NCBI GenBank assembly: GCA_050250375.1
Contig: JBFWOS010000003.1
Location: 17,284-81,283, forward strand
Length of the DNA stretch: 64,000 nucleotides
Source: Candidatus Omnitrophota bacterium
GTDB lineage: Bacteria > Omnitrophota > Gorgyraeia > Zapsychrales > Zapsychraceae
Direction of reading: 5' to 3'
Under the pieces are notes generated by a model. It did no database searches. It saw only the letters and a list, made by a program, of their open reading frames with translations, and was not told where the DNA came from. Positions 18,412-28,001 of this stretch are shown here, piece by piece. How positions within the stretch are numbered: the stretch's first letter is position 1; every line of letters begins with the position of its first letter. The position numbers and the translations under genes were made by a program.

Positions 18412-19502
18412 AATACTTTCTCCAAAGCCTCAATAAATCTGCGATTTTCTTCTTTTGTTCCGACAGTAACTCTGATGTACTGCCCCATCCCCCAAGAACT
18501 CATATCCCGGACAATGATGCCATTCTCCATCAATTTCTTAGATACGTCCGATGAATCCCGTTTGACATTAACGAGAATAAAATTGGTGCTGCTCGGTTGA
18601 AAATCTATCTTCATTCGAGTGAAACGATCATAAAGGAACTTCCGCTGGGTATTAATTTTTTTGGCCACATTACGGTAATATATTTTATCTTTCAGGCACG
18701 CCACTGCAGCCGCTTGAGCGATAGAATTTATATTGAACGGTTCGCGAATACGATCAAATATATCACACAATTCAGGGTTAGCTACCCCATATCCGATCCT
18801 CAATCCAGCCAGGCCATACATCTTTGAAAATGTTCGCGTAACGATTAAATTCTTATGTGTTTTCAGCAATTTGATTGAATCAACATAATCTTTAGCATCC
18901 ACATATTCATAATAGGCCTCATCGATAAAAATTAAAATGTCTTCCGGGATGCCTTCCAAGAACCTCTCTACATCTTTTTGTTTTAAATAGGTTCCCGCCG
19001 GATTGTCCGGATTGCCTAAAAATATTATGCGTGTCTTATCCGTAATAGCCTTTTTCATGCCGTCTAAATCATAATGAAAATTCTTTAAGGGGATGCTTAT
19101 AATTTTGGCACCCGAAATTTTTGATGCGATATCATAAATCAAGAAGGATGGTTTGGCATTGATCACCTCATCCCCCTCATTAACAAATAGCCTCGCGGCC
19201 ATGACAATCAATTCATCAGATCCGTTTCCAAAAACAAGTTGAGTGGGTTTAACATTCAGATGACGGCTCAAGGTTTCCCTTAGAGAGAAACAATAACCGT
19301 CGGGGTAACGGTTGATTTGTAGAACGGCGTTGTTAATTGCCTTAACGACTTTTGGGGAAGGGCTGTACGGATTTTCGTTGGAAGCCAGCTTGATCACTTC
19401 CTTTAAACCAAATTCACGCTTGACCTCGTCAATCGGTTTACCAGGCACATACGGTTTAATGGTAAAAACCGTTTTTTTTGCGACACTTTTCAAATCACGC
19501 AT
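18408..19502 (-). CDS. hisC: Histidinol-phosphate aminotransferase
   Basis: YVPGKP, KLASNENP, DEAYYEY, RTFSKMYGLAGLRIGY. Start moved to ATG 19502, next to the pheA stop. Confidence 0.93.
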   Translation of the reverse strand: MRDLKSVAKKTVFTIKPYVPGKPIDEVKREFGLKEVIKLASNENPYSPSPKVVKAINNAVLQINRYPDGYCFSLRETLSRHLNVKPTQLVFGNGSDELIVMAARLFVNEGDEVINAKPSFLIYDIASKISGAKIISIPLKNFHYDLDGMKKAITDKTRIIFLGNPDNPAGTYLKQKDVERFLEGIPEDILIFIDEAYYEYVDAKDYVDSIKLLKTHKNLIVTRTFSKMYGLAGLRIGYGVANPELCDIFDRIREPFNINSIAQAAAVACLKDKIYYRNVAKKINTQRKFLYDRFTRMKIDFQPSSTNFILVNVKRDSSDVSKKLMENGIIVRDMSSWGMGQYIRVTVGTKEENRRFIEALEKVL

Positions 19503-19503
19503 A

Positions 19504-20565
19504 TCAATCCAGACTTGGATACGAACCGACAATCTTTAAATACTTGCACATATTTTCTAACTGATTTAAGGCTAACTTTACGTTTCGATCTGAACGATGT
19601 CCTTCGAAGTCGACAAAAAAGTAATAATCCCATGCGCGTTTTTTCGATGGTCGAGACTCAATTTTTGTTAAATTAATTTTATTTTTATAAAATGGTGTCA
19701 GCATCGCATGCAACGCGCCGACCTTGTCTTTTATCGAGAAAATAATAGTCGTTCTGTCTTTTCCGGTCGACGGAACATCCTGTTTGGCAATCACCAAGAA
19801 CCGTGTTGCGTTGTGAGCGATGTCCTGAATGTTGGATTTTAGAATTTTAAGGCCGTATATTTTGGCCGCCAGACTTGACGCGATCGCAGCAGAATTAACT
19901 TCATTTGCGGCCTGCTGGGCCGCTTTGCTGGTTGATTCAACAGGTATGAGGCTGATCCCAGGCATATTCTTATGCAACCAATTTCGTGACTGACCAAATA
20001 CTTGTGCGTTTGAATAAATTTGTTTGATCTGCGACAGCGATGATTTCGAGATTAAATTGTGGGAAATCTTCATGAGGATCTGCGCGCAAATTTTTAGTTC
20101 GGAGTCAACCAGCATATCAATGGTATGTGTCACAACTCCTTCGGTTGAATTCTCAATGGGAACGACCCCATATTCACACTCATCATTCTCCACCTGTTGA
20201 AAAACATCCAAGACACTATGGCAGGGAATATAGTCGATCTGTGAGCCGAATTTCTTATTCGCAGCCAGATGTGTGTAAGACCCCTCAATGCCTAAATAAG
20301 CTATGCGCAATGATTTTTCAAGGGCCAATGAAGATGACATAATTTCCCGATATATAGCCTCGAATGCTTCCATCGTCATAGGACCAGCATTCAATTTTCT
20401 AATATTATCCAACACTTCCTTTTCACGATGCGGGGCATATATTCCTGTATTGCTTTTTAGCTTTTTGCGGCCGATCGACTGGCTCATTTCAGCCCGCTCA
20501 TTAAGCAACTTAATCACCTTAGCGTCAATTTGATCTATTTTATTTCGAAAACTATTTAAACTCAT
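19504..20565 (-). CDS. pheA: Chorismate mutase/prephenate dehydratase
   Basis: N-terminal RNKIDQID chorismate mutase domain, VPIENSTEG, NATRF, LTKIESRP. Confidence 0.95.
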   Translation of the reverse strand: MSLNSFRNKIDQIDAKVIKLLNERAEMSQSIGRKKLKSNTGIYAPHREKEVLDNIRKLNAGPMTMEAFEAIYREIMSSSLALEKSLRIAYLGIEGSYTHLAANKKFGSQIDYIPCHSVLDVFQQVENDECEYGVVPIENSTEGVVTHTIDMLVDSELKICAQILMKISHNLISKSSLSQIKQIYSNAQVFGQSRNWLHKNMPGISLIPVESTSKAAQQAANEVNSAAIASSLAAKIYGLKILKSNIQDIAHNATRFLVIAKQDVPSTGKDRTTIIFSIKDKVGALHAMLTPFYKNKINLTKIESRPSKKRAWDYYFFVDFEGHRSDRNVKLALNQLENMCKYLKIVGSYPSLD

Positions 20566-21391
20566 CGGTTTGCTCTTCTTGTATGGATGGGTTGGATTCA
20601 GTCATCGCCGCAGCCACCTGCGGTTCCGTGGACTGAACCATGGATCCGTCGACAGATAGACTCTCCGGATCTTGTTCTTCCGGGGCACTTTGAAGCATCA
20701 TACTATTCTGGGTTGGAATCTGCGCGCTGTTTTCTTTTTCTGCTCTGGCAATAGCCTGTTGTTTTTGTTTTTCAAGAGAGTTATCAGCCCCGCCCTCTCC
20801 CATGGACCCTTCAAGATATTCATTACTGGTCGACTCTTCTGATTGGGCCTGTAAGGCCACTAATTCCTCTAAATTCGGCAATGTATCCAGAGACTTCAGA
20901 CCGAAATACTCTAGAAATTGTTTAGTCGTTCCATATAAAAATGGTCGCCCTGGAACATCTTTACGACCGGCCAGTTTAATCAATTCTTTATCCAATAAAA
21001 GGGCGACAACCCCGTCTGAATTGACACCCCTAATTAATTCAATATCAGCACGGGTGACGGGTTGTTTGTATGCAATAATCGCCAACGTTTCAAGTGCAGG
21101 TTTAGACAGTTTTTCTTTATGTTTTGTTTTATAGAAATTGCGCACATAAGCAACATATTCCGGATTGCTGAGCATCTGGTATCCCCCGGCAATCTCCTGA
21201 ATAGTGATCCCGCCGCTACGGGAACGGTAATCTTCACTTAAACCTTCAATGGCCTTTTTGATCTCTGCCGGAGTAACAGTCTCGAGAACCCGTTTAATTT
21301 GTTCCAGAGTAATAGGTCTTTCGTTGACAAAAAGCAAGGCTTCCACCACACCTTGAATGTACTGCAATGGTTCAGTGGTATTTTGTTCCAT
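20552..21391 (-). CDS. scpB: SMC-Scp complex subunit ScpB with acidic disordered tail
   Basis: EALLF, LSKPALETLAIIAYKQPVTRADIELIRGV, GRPFLYGTT. Confidence 0.95.
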   Translation of the reverse strand: MEQNTTEPLQYIQGVVEALLFVNERPITLEQIKRVLETVTPAEIKKAIEGLSEDYRSRSGGITIQEIAGGYQMLSNPEYVAYVRNFYKTKHKEKLSKPALETLAIIAYKQPVTRADIELIRGVNSDGVVALLLDKELIKLAGRKDVPGRPFLYGTTKQFLEYFGLKSLDTLPNLEELVALQAQSEESTSNEYLEGSMGEGGADNSLEKQKQQAIARAEKENSAQIPTQNSMMLQSAPEEQDPESLSVDGSMVQSTEPQVAAAMTESNPSIQEEQTDEFK

Positions 21392-22020
21392 CAGCTTTTC
21401 ACCTTTTGTTTATAAATCTCGTTTAACAAGTCTTCCGTTGTTATTATTGCCTTGTTTTGTTTCAGTGCCTGATCAATCATATGCTGGGCTTCAGGTTTTT
21501 TATACTGAAGTTGGAGCAGTACATCCAACGCCTCTTGCTGCCAATCCGGCACCGATGCGATATCTGCCGATTGCGGAACTTTGTCCTGCAGCAATCCGTA
21601 TTTCCCGACCTTACCCTGCAATTTAGCAACGATTTCTTTTGCCCGCTGGAGGCCAATGCCTGGTAAACTTTTTAACGCATTAATATTCCCGGTATCAATC
21701 GCCTGCGTAATCTCACTGATCGGTTTACTGATCGCCTTAACAGCGGCCCTGGGACCTATCCCGGATACCTTAATAAATTGCTGAAAGAAATCACACTCAA
21801 TAGCATTAATAAAACCTATCAGGCACGGAATCGCGCTCGTTTGTCCGACCTGAAGATAATGAAACGTTATAAGTTCAACATCACCCGAACTATCAATCAC
21901 CTCATCAATTCGTTTAAGCACCGTTAGCGGCACCATTATTTCATAATAAAGCCCCTGGAGCTTTAAAACAACCGAATGTTCTTTTTTTTCAATAAGCTTC
22001 CCAGAAATTTTTACAATCAT
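21391..22020 (-). CDS. ruvA: Holliday junction branch migration protein RuvA
   Basis: VSGIGPRAA and LPGIGLQRAKEI HhH motifs; follows ruvC. Confidence 0.93.
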   Translation of the reverse strand: MIVKISGKLIEKKEHSVVLKLQGLYYEIMVPLTVLKRIDEVIDSSGDVELITFHYLQVGQTSAIPCLIGFINAIECDFFQQFIKVSGIGPRAAVKAISKPISEITQAIDTGNINALKSLPGIGLQRAKEIVAKLQGKVGKYGLLQDKVPQSADIASVPDWQQEALDVLLQLQYKKPEAQHMIDQALKQNKAIITTEDLLNEIYKQKVKS

Positions 22021-22499
22021 ATTTTACGGTTGTTCATGTAAATATATCCCAGACTCAAGGCAAGAGCGTCACTCGCATCCAGGGTTAATTTTTCCTCATC
22101 CAATGAAAATACATGTGCGACAACCCGGCGAGTCTGAACTTTTGATGCGTTACCGTTTCCGGTAACGGCCTTTCGAATACGCTTAACACTATATTCGATT
22201 AATTCTAAACTTTCTTTTGCGCAAAGAAGACAAATAACGCCTCTGACATGTCCGATCACGGCTGCTGTCGCCGGATGCTTATAATGAGTGTATAGCTTTT
22301 CCAAGACAAGCACATCGGGCTTATACTGCTGAATCAGCTGATCCAGAATAATATAAATTTTATGAATTCTGTTTTTGAGGGGGTCTGTGTTTTTCGGTTG
22401 AATCGTTCCGACCTCGAGTATCTTGGTGCGGCCGCCTGATGTCTCAACAAATCCATAACCCGTAACCCTTGTACCGGGATCGACCCCTACAATACGCAT
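22017..22499 (-). CDS. ruvC: Holliday junction resolvase RuvC
   Basis: RIVGVDPG, VTGNGNASK, DASDALA. Confidence 0.95.
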   Translation of the reverse strand: MRIVGVDPGTRVTGYGFVETSGGRTKILEVGTIQPKNTDPLKNRIHKIYIILDQLIQQYKPDVLVLEKLYTHYKHPATAAVIGHVRGVICLLCAKESLELIEYSVKRIRKAVTGNGNASKVQTRRVVAHVFSLDEEKLTLDASDALALSLGYIYMNNRKI

Positions 22500-23257
22500 T
22501 ACTCTTCTTCAGTAGAAATACGTTCCATTTCTTCATCAGAAATGTCAAAATTGGCATAAACGTTCTGAACATCTTCGTGCTCTTCCAAGGCTTCCATGAG
22601 TGCCAAAAGTTGTTTGGCATCATTACCTTCCACTTTGACATAGTTGCTTGGGATCATTGTCATTTCCGCCGTAACCATGGGAACACCCTTAGCCGCTATG
22701 GCATCCTTGACCGCAAATAAATCCGCAATGCTCGTTGTAATCTCATGATAGTTGCCTTCGGAGCTTATATCCTCAGCTCCGGCCTCAAGAGCAATATTCA
22801 TAATTTCATCTTCGCTTATTTTGTTTTTCTCAATAGAGATAAATCCCTTTTTGGTAAATAAATAGGATGTTGCTCCAGCACCGGCCGAACTGCCATTTTT
22901 ACGTTTAAGAATTGCTTTTATTTCAGACGTTGTCCTGTTGTTATTATCCGTCAGACCGGTAATCATCATAGCCACCCCGCCCGGACCGTAAGCATCAAAT
23001 GATATTTCTTCATAGGTTATACCAGGAATTTCCCCTGTCCCTTTTTTAATGGCGTTGTCAATCTTATCTTTGGGCATATTGATCCCTTTTGCTCGATCAA
23101 TCGCAGTTCTTAAAGAAGCATTTATGTCAGGATCACCGCCTCCATTCTTGGCGATGGCTGTAATTTCTTTTGCCATCTTTGAAAAGGCAGCTCCTCTTTT
23201 TGCATCAGCCGCCCCTTTTTTATGTTTAATACTTGCCCATTTACTATGTCCTGACAT
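22499..23257 (-). CDS. yebC: YebC/PmpR family protein
   Basis: MSGHSKWASIKHKK, YGPGG, DVQNVYAN; GAGGAG RBS. Confidence 0.96.
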   Translation of the reverse strand: MSGHSKWASIKHKKGAADAKRGAAFSKMAKEITAIAKNGGGDPDINASLRTAIDRAKGINMPKDKIDNAIKKGTGEIPGITYEEISFDAYGPGGVAMMITGLTDNNNRTTSEIKAILKRKNGSSAGAGATSYLFTKKGFISIEKNKISEDEIMNIALEAGAEDISSEGNYHEITTSIADLFAVKDAIAAKGVPMVTAEMTMIPSNYVKVEGNDAKQLLALMEALEEHEDVQNVYANFDISDEEMERISTEEE

Positions 23258-23440
23258 TAAGTTTCCTCCTCAATGATTCCGGAATTATTCGAATAAATGA
23301 ATAAACCGGTTAACTGATCACCAACTGTTTAAAGCGGTGAAATTATAATTTAGCGCTATGGTTTATATAATCCCGTCTCTTGGACGGGGAAAAATACTCA
23401 GCAGATATATCCTAATTTAAATTATATCCAGAGTATAAAT

Positions 23441-23876
23441 AAACAGGTCATAAGCCGAGTTTTGTTCATCAATATTGATGGATGGTTATTCAACTTACTC
23501 TAAGGATTACTCCTTAAACTCTTGCAGCTTACCCGCAGATCAACGAACCGGATCAATTCGTTTAATGAAGAGCCAGTCTGTCATTAATTTCTGCCTATTT
23601 AGCATTGCTCCATGTAGAGATTGCTCGTTTCACTCCTAAGCTGGCATCAAGTTTGAAGATGACACAACTTAAGCATCGTCACTGTAGCTCTAATCCTCCT
23701 GCTAAAAAGCAAGGCCCAGCATTATCTGGGTACATTATCCTGTGGAGCTCGGACTTTCCTCCCCAACGTTAAATATGTCGAGTCCACCATTGAATTTTAA
23801 TCAATAATAGACTTCAACATTTAATTTTGGTTATTAATCAAAATCAAACGTCGGGGCAACCATCGCGGCCTGTTTT
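23441..23876 (-). ncRNA. rnpB: RNase P RNA
   Basis: Minus strand GAGGAAAGTCCGAGC...ACAAAACTCGGCTTAT (P4 halves complementary); P1 AAACAGGCCG/TGACCTGTTT; P2 GATGGTT/AACCATC; P3 CCCCGACGTT/AACGTTGGGG; GTGAAACG; GGAGCAA. Ends approximate to a few nt. Confidence 0.93.
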
Positions 23877-24274
23877 TTTTTAATCGATTGTGTTGCGAGG
23901 CGGTCTGCATCTTTGTTGTATTCTCTTAAAACATGTTCAATCTTGAACTTTTTGATGCCTTCTAAAAGATGCTGGGCCTGCTCAAATAACGGCAATATGT
24001 TTGCATTCTTTACTTTGTAATCGCCGATCATTTGTTTATAAACTAATTCACTGTCTGTAATTACTTCAACTTCATCCGCCCGCCTGATCAAACTTTCCTG
24101 TAAAGCATAAATTAATGCGGTGTATTCCGCCACATTATTCGTCGCCACACCAATTGATTTTGAAATTTCTTTGACCGTTATCCGGTCTTGACGGAAAACC
24201 ACTCCGATACCAGCTTCACCGGGATTTCCACTTGAGGCGCCGTCAATATTGATGACCAGTTTTATAGAACTCAA
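23834..24274 (-). CDS. rnhA: Ribonuclease HI (archaeal/actinobacterial-like type)
   Basis: DGASSGNPG, TNNVAEY, TDSELV, HVLREYNKDADRLA. Confidence 0.93.
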   Translation of the reverse strand: MSSIKLVINIDGASSGNPGEAGIGVVFRQDRITVKEISKSIGVATNNVAEYTALIYALQESLIRRADEVEVITDSELVYKQMIGDYKVKNANILPLFEQAQHLLEGIKKFKIEHVLREYNKDADRLATQSIKKKQAAMVAPTFDFD

Positions 24275-24993
24275 AGATCTTCCTCAATGTAAATAAATCG
24301 CGAGCAATATTCACAGCGGACCAGTTCGGCTTTCATCTTAATCTGATTCACTGTTTGAGGCATAACATTCATAAAACAACCGCCGCACGAAGTTCCATTC
24401 ACAGGAACAATCGCCCTGCCCTCTTTATGCCCGAGAATTTTCTCATATTGGACTAATATATTTGGATCTATATCAGGAGCTATTTGATTTCGCTGCCCCA
24501 CGAGCACTTTGACCCTGTCTTTGAGTACATTCAACTCATCTTCAATTTCTTTTTTCTTGCTGAGGTATTCTTTTTCCCTCTCAGAAACTACGATCTTCTC
24601 TTTCTCGATCTCAACATAAACCGCGTCGGCCTCATCATAAGACTTTAATATGTTTTCTTCAACAATAGATTTATCCGCTTTTATGCCCTCAATTTCTTTA
24701 ATTTTAGCCGCGTACTCTTTATTTGTTTTTAACTGATTGAGATCACTATTCGCTTTGGCTATAACATTTTCTTTGGATTGCAATTCAATTTCAAGGTCTT
24801 TTCTGGCAACGACCACACTTTTGACTTTGTCTTCCAGCTCCTTAAGACGGGCTTTCTTAATTTCGAACTGTTCTTTTAGCTGATCGATCCGTTCCGGTTT
24901 TTCTTTAATCTCTTTATTCAGGTCATATATCTCGCCATCTAATTTTTGAATGTCTACAAGTTTCTTGATTTGATCTCGGACTGATACTACCAC
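24271..24993 (-). CDS. Coiled-coil protein with C4 zinc ribbon (DUF164 / HP0958-CdsZ-like)
   Basis: Long coiled coil, KTNKEY, CGGC...CEYCSR; typical position before rnhA. Confidence 0.9.
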   Translation of the reverse strand: MVVSVRDQIKKLVDIQKLDGEIYDLNKEIKEKPERIDQLKEQFEIKKARLKELEDKVKSVVVARKDLEIELQSKENVIAKANSDLNQLKTNKEYAAKIKEIEGIKADKSIVEENILKSYDEADAVYVEIEKEKIVVSEREKEYLSKKKEIEDELNVLKDRVKVLVGQRNQIAPDIDPNILVQYEKILGHKEGRAIVPVNGTSCGGCFMNVMPQTVNQIKMKAELVRCEYCSRFIYIEEDL

Positions 24994-25027
24994 TTTGATT
25001 ATCCCTTATCTAATTCGATTAAAAATC

Positions 25028-25101
25028 TGGGCCTTCCTGGACTTGAACCAGGGACCAATTGATTATGAGTCAACTGCTCTAACCGCCTGAGCTAAAGGCC
25101 C
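25028..25101 (-). tRNA. tRNA with CAT anticodon, most likely tRNA-Ile2 (lysidine); CCA not encoded
   Basis: GGGCCTTTAGCTCAGGCGGTTAGAGCAGTTGACT-CAT-AATCAATTGGTCCCTGGTTCAAGTCCAGGAAGGCCCA folds as a cloverleaf. A paired G1-C72 and no GGG/CCC anticodon stem exclude fMet; the GGGCC acceptor favours Ile2. Confidence 0.92.
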
Positions 25102-25288
25102 GAAAACAAACCTTAACCGATTGGTCAATTGTCAAATTTATTAGTGAAACCATTGTAGCCTGCTTTACACGGTCAAATTAAAGGTTTTGTCAATTAACAC
25201 CTCTAATTTTTGTCCTTCAGCATATCACAAGCCATTTTCTTTTTCAACTGAATTTGCTGGACGTAATGAAACATGAAAAACCATTGTG

Positions 25289-25301
25289 TATCAATTACTT
25301 A
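25289..25301 (+). promoter_or_regulatory. IHF-like binding site
   Basis: TATCAATTACTTA matches WATCAANNNNTTR exactly, in an AT-rich intergenic region; could be chance. Confidence 0.35.
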
Positions 25302-25488
25302 CAATAGAATAGAATAAATCACGACTCTATAATATATATTTATAGTAGTATAATGTATACGTTCGACTGAAGGCCCGTTTTTCTAGATTAAAAAGAGGAA
25401 ATACGAATAAAACAACCGATTATTTGAATGGATTTCTTGGAACGAATATCGATTTTAAATAAGGATAATACAAACTTGATTGGGTCGG

Positions 25489-26307
25489 TCACTTAACAAT
25501 CTTTAAATTCAAAGTTGCCGTAGGTTCGACTCCTTTAAAGTTCATTAAATATGTCGCATGAATTGTCAAATCCTGGGGCTCCGTAAATCCATTTAACTTG
25601 AACTTCCTTTTTAAGGCCCGATTTGGTCTTAACACTTCATTGCCCTGGGTTGGATGGGCCAGATTCAGGTCAGAACCCCAAGTAACTTTGTCATAGGCAA
25701 ACGCGATCGAATCACTCGACAAATCTTTAATTTTGATATTATTTCCTGTCAAATTCTCAAATTCGGCAATAAATGTAACTGGTTCGTCAACCTTAAAAAC
25801 GCTTTTATCAGCATAAAGGCTCAATTTGATCGGTAATTGCTTAGACTGGTAGTCAAGGAGTGGCCGGGCAAATTCCTTAACAAACGGAAGTATTTCGATC
25901 TGACGATGTTTATTGCTGTTATTCTGGTAAGCAATCAGTTTTACTTTCAAAAGCGGAAAGGCATATTCAAAATGAGCTCCTTCAAATGAATACTCCTGAT
26001 CCGCATCTATTGGTACAAACTCAACACCAAACTCTAGCTTGTCAACTTGCTTACTCCCCACGACGTCAAGATAACGGTATTTGATAAAATCAAATCCCCA
26101 TTGGTTTTTCTTAAGCGCGATAATATTAAATAATTCCAAATCATGATAGCGGGGCTTTAATTTTTCTATTTCATTATAAATGCTTTTAACGACATTATTA
26201 CAGATTTCAATGGTGGCGGGATCTAAACCGGGTTGTTCTGCTATGGATGGACTAACCAAAATGAGCGAACTCAGCAAGAAAACATGATAAATCTTTAAAA
26301 AATGCAT
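25489..26307 (-). CDS. Hypothetical exported protein, C-terminal Ig-like beta domain
   Basis: Signal peptide (..SPSIA); beta-strand-rich C-terminal ~110 aa. Confidence 0.7.
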   Translation of the reverse strand: MHFLKIYHVFLLSSLILVSPSIAEQPGLDPATIEICNNVVKSIYNEIEKLKPRYHDLELFNIIALKKNQWGFDFIKYRYLDVVGSKQVDKLEFGVEFVPIDADQEYSFEGAHFEYAFPLLKVKLIAYQNNSNKHRQIEILPFVKEFARPLLDYQSKQLPIKLSLYADKSVFKVDEPVTFIAEFENLTGNNIKIKDLSSDSIAFAYDKVTWGSDLNLAHPTQGNEVLRPNRALKRKFKLNGFTEPQDLTIHATYLMNFKGVEPTATLNLKIVK

Positions 26308-26341
26308 AATCCATTTCCCGTTATAAATTAATGATTAAATT

Positions 26342-26382
26342 TAATTAACTCGGGACATAAATAATATGTCCCGAGTTAATTA
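26342..26382. terminator. Terminator hairpin after rpoD
   Basis: Perfect 18-bp inverted repeat TAATTAACTCGGGACATA-aataa-TATGTCCCGAGTTAATTA, 2 nt past the rpoD stop. Confidence 0.8.
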
Positions 26383-26384
26383 GA

Positions 26385-27986
26385 CTATATTATCGCATCT
26401 TCTTTCGAAGCCATATCGAGAAATTGTTTCACTCGACGTGATCTCGTTGGATGTCTTAACTTCCTCAATGCCTTGGATTCTATCTGCCGAACCCGTTCAC
26501 GGGTAACGTTAAATTCACTGCCAACTTCCTCTAAAGTTCTGGTAGTTCCGTCATGTATCCCAAAACGCAACTCAAGAATTTTTCGTTCCCGTTCGTCCAA
26601 TGTGTTTAAGACGGATGTTATTTCGTCTTTAAGCATAGACTGCAAGGTTGCATTGGCCGGAGAAACCGCTTTTTTATCCTCAATAAAATCCCCAAAATGA
26701 GTATCGCCCTCATCCCCAATCGGGGTTTGGAGTGAAATAGGCACTTGAGAAATTTTTAAAATTTCTTTAACCTTTCCGATGGGAATCCGCATTTGTTTAG
26801 CAATTTCTTGCGCCGTCGGTTCACGCCCATACTCCTGAACAAATAATCTAGATACCCGGATAATTTTATTAATCGTCTCAGTCATGTGTACCGGAATCCG
26901 AATGGTTCTCGCTTGATCAGCAATTGAACGGGTAATTGCCTGACGAATCCACCAGGTCGCATACGTTGAAAATTTATATCCCCGCTTGTATTCAAATTTC
27001 TCCACGGCCCGTATCAATCCCATATTCCCTTCCTGAATCAAATCCAGGAAGGACAATCCGCGATTAATATACTTCTTGGCAATGCTGACCACCAAACGAA
27101 GATTTGCCTCAACTAAAAGCTTTTTCGCCTTGTTAAATTTCGATTGACGGATCTTAATAACCCGGAGCTGTTCCTTGACATCGGCGACAGGCTGGCCAAG
27201 CTCATCCAGAAGTCTCGTTTTTTCTTTTTTAAGTTGTGCCTCATTCTGGACTTTTCTTTTACTCTTTAACTTCCGTTCGATTCTTTCAATCTCATTAACC
27301 ATATTGATAACATGTTCCACGATTCCTTCGTTGAAAGAAGCCGTTAGCTTAAACTGGGCCAACAACATCGCAGACTTGTCAGAACCAACCCGGGTACGAG
27401 TAACACTCAATCTGATTTTCTTCAATTCACGAATCAGCTTTGGACGACGGTCCAATTCATCTTTGATAACATCCTCGACATTGACTTCTTCGTTCAAAAC
27501 CTGCTTTATTTTTGTCAACGCTTCTTTGCGGGCATACGTCGTAAAATAAAGTGATTCAGCAAATTTCAGTTCAGCCTCCTCGATACGCTTGGCCAGGTTG
27601 ATTTCATTCTCCCTGGAAAGCAACGGGATCGATCCCATTTGCTTTAGATACATTTTTACCGGGTCATCTAAGGGAATAAACTTGTCAGAATAAACCTCAT
27701 CCTCTTTGCTCTCTTCTCGGACGCGGCGAATTTCCTGCTCTCGAGACTCCTGGTCGCTGTTATCATCCTTGCTACTTTCTTCATCGCTGCTGTCATCTGA
27801 TTCAATAATCTTTATATCTTTTCCATCCAGAATATCAAACACTTTATCGATTTCTTCCGAAGACTCGACAGATTCAGACAACGCTTCATTGACTTCATCA
27901 TAAGTAAGGAATCCTTTTTTCTTACCTAAAGCGACCAATTTTTCAATATCTTGTTGGATATCATCTTTTGGCTTTTGCTTTTTCAT
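26385..27986 (-). CDS. rpoD: Primary sigma factor sigma-70
   Basis: Region 1.1; [47 protein letters not shown]. Confidence 0.98.
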   Translation of the reverse strand: MKKQKPKDDIQQDIEKLVALGKKKGFLTYDEVNEALSESVESSEEIDKVFDILDGKDIKIIESDDSSDEESSKDDNSDQESREQEIRRVREESKEDEVYSDKFIPLDDPVKMYLKQMGSIPLLSRENEINLAKRIEEAELKFAESLYFTTYARKEALTKIKQVLNEEVNVEDVIKDELDRRPKLIRELKKIRLSVTRTRVGSDKSAMLLAQFKLTASFNEGIVEHVINMVNEIERIERKLKSKRKVQNEAQLKKEKTRLLDELGQPVADVKEQLRVIKIRQSKFNKAKKLLVEANLRLVVSIAKKYINRGLSFLDLIQEGNMGLIRAVEKFEYKRGYKFSTYATWWIRQAITRSIADQARTIRIPVHMTETINKIIRVSRLFVQEYGREPTAQEIAKQMRIPIGKVKEILKISQVPISLQTPIGDEGDTHFGDFIEDKKAVSPANATLQSMLKDEITSVLNTLDERERKILELRFGIHDGTTRTLEEVGSEFNVTRERVRQIESKALRKLRHPTRSRRVKQFLDMASKEDAII

Positions 27987-28001
27987 TTGCTCTCCCCAAC
28001 A

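Noticed and set aside
25367-25377. CTGAAGGCCCG resembling part of the tRNA (possible att remnant)
   Set aside because: Only 10 of 11 nt match, and to the tRNA 5' end rather than the 3' end typically duplicated on integration.
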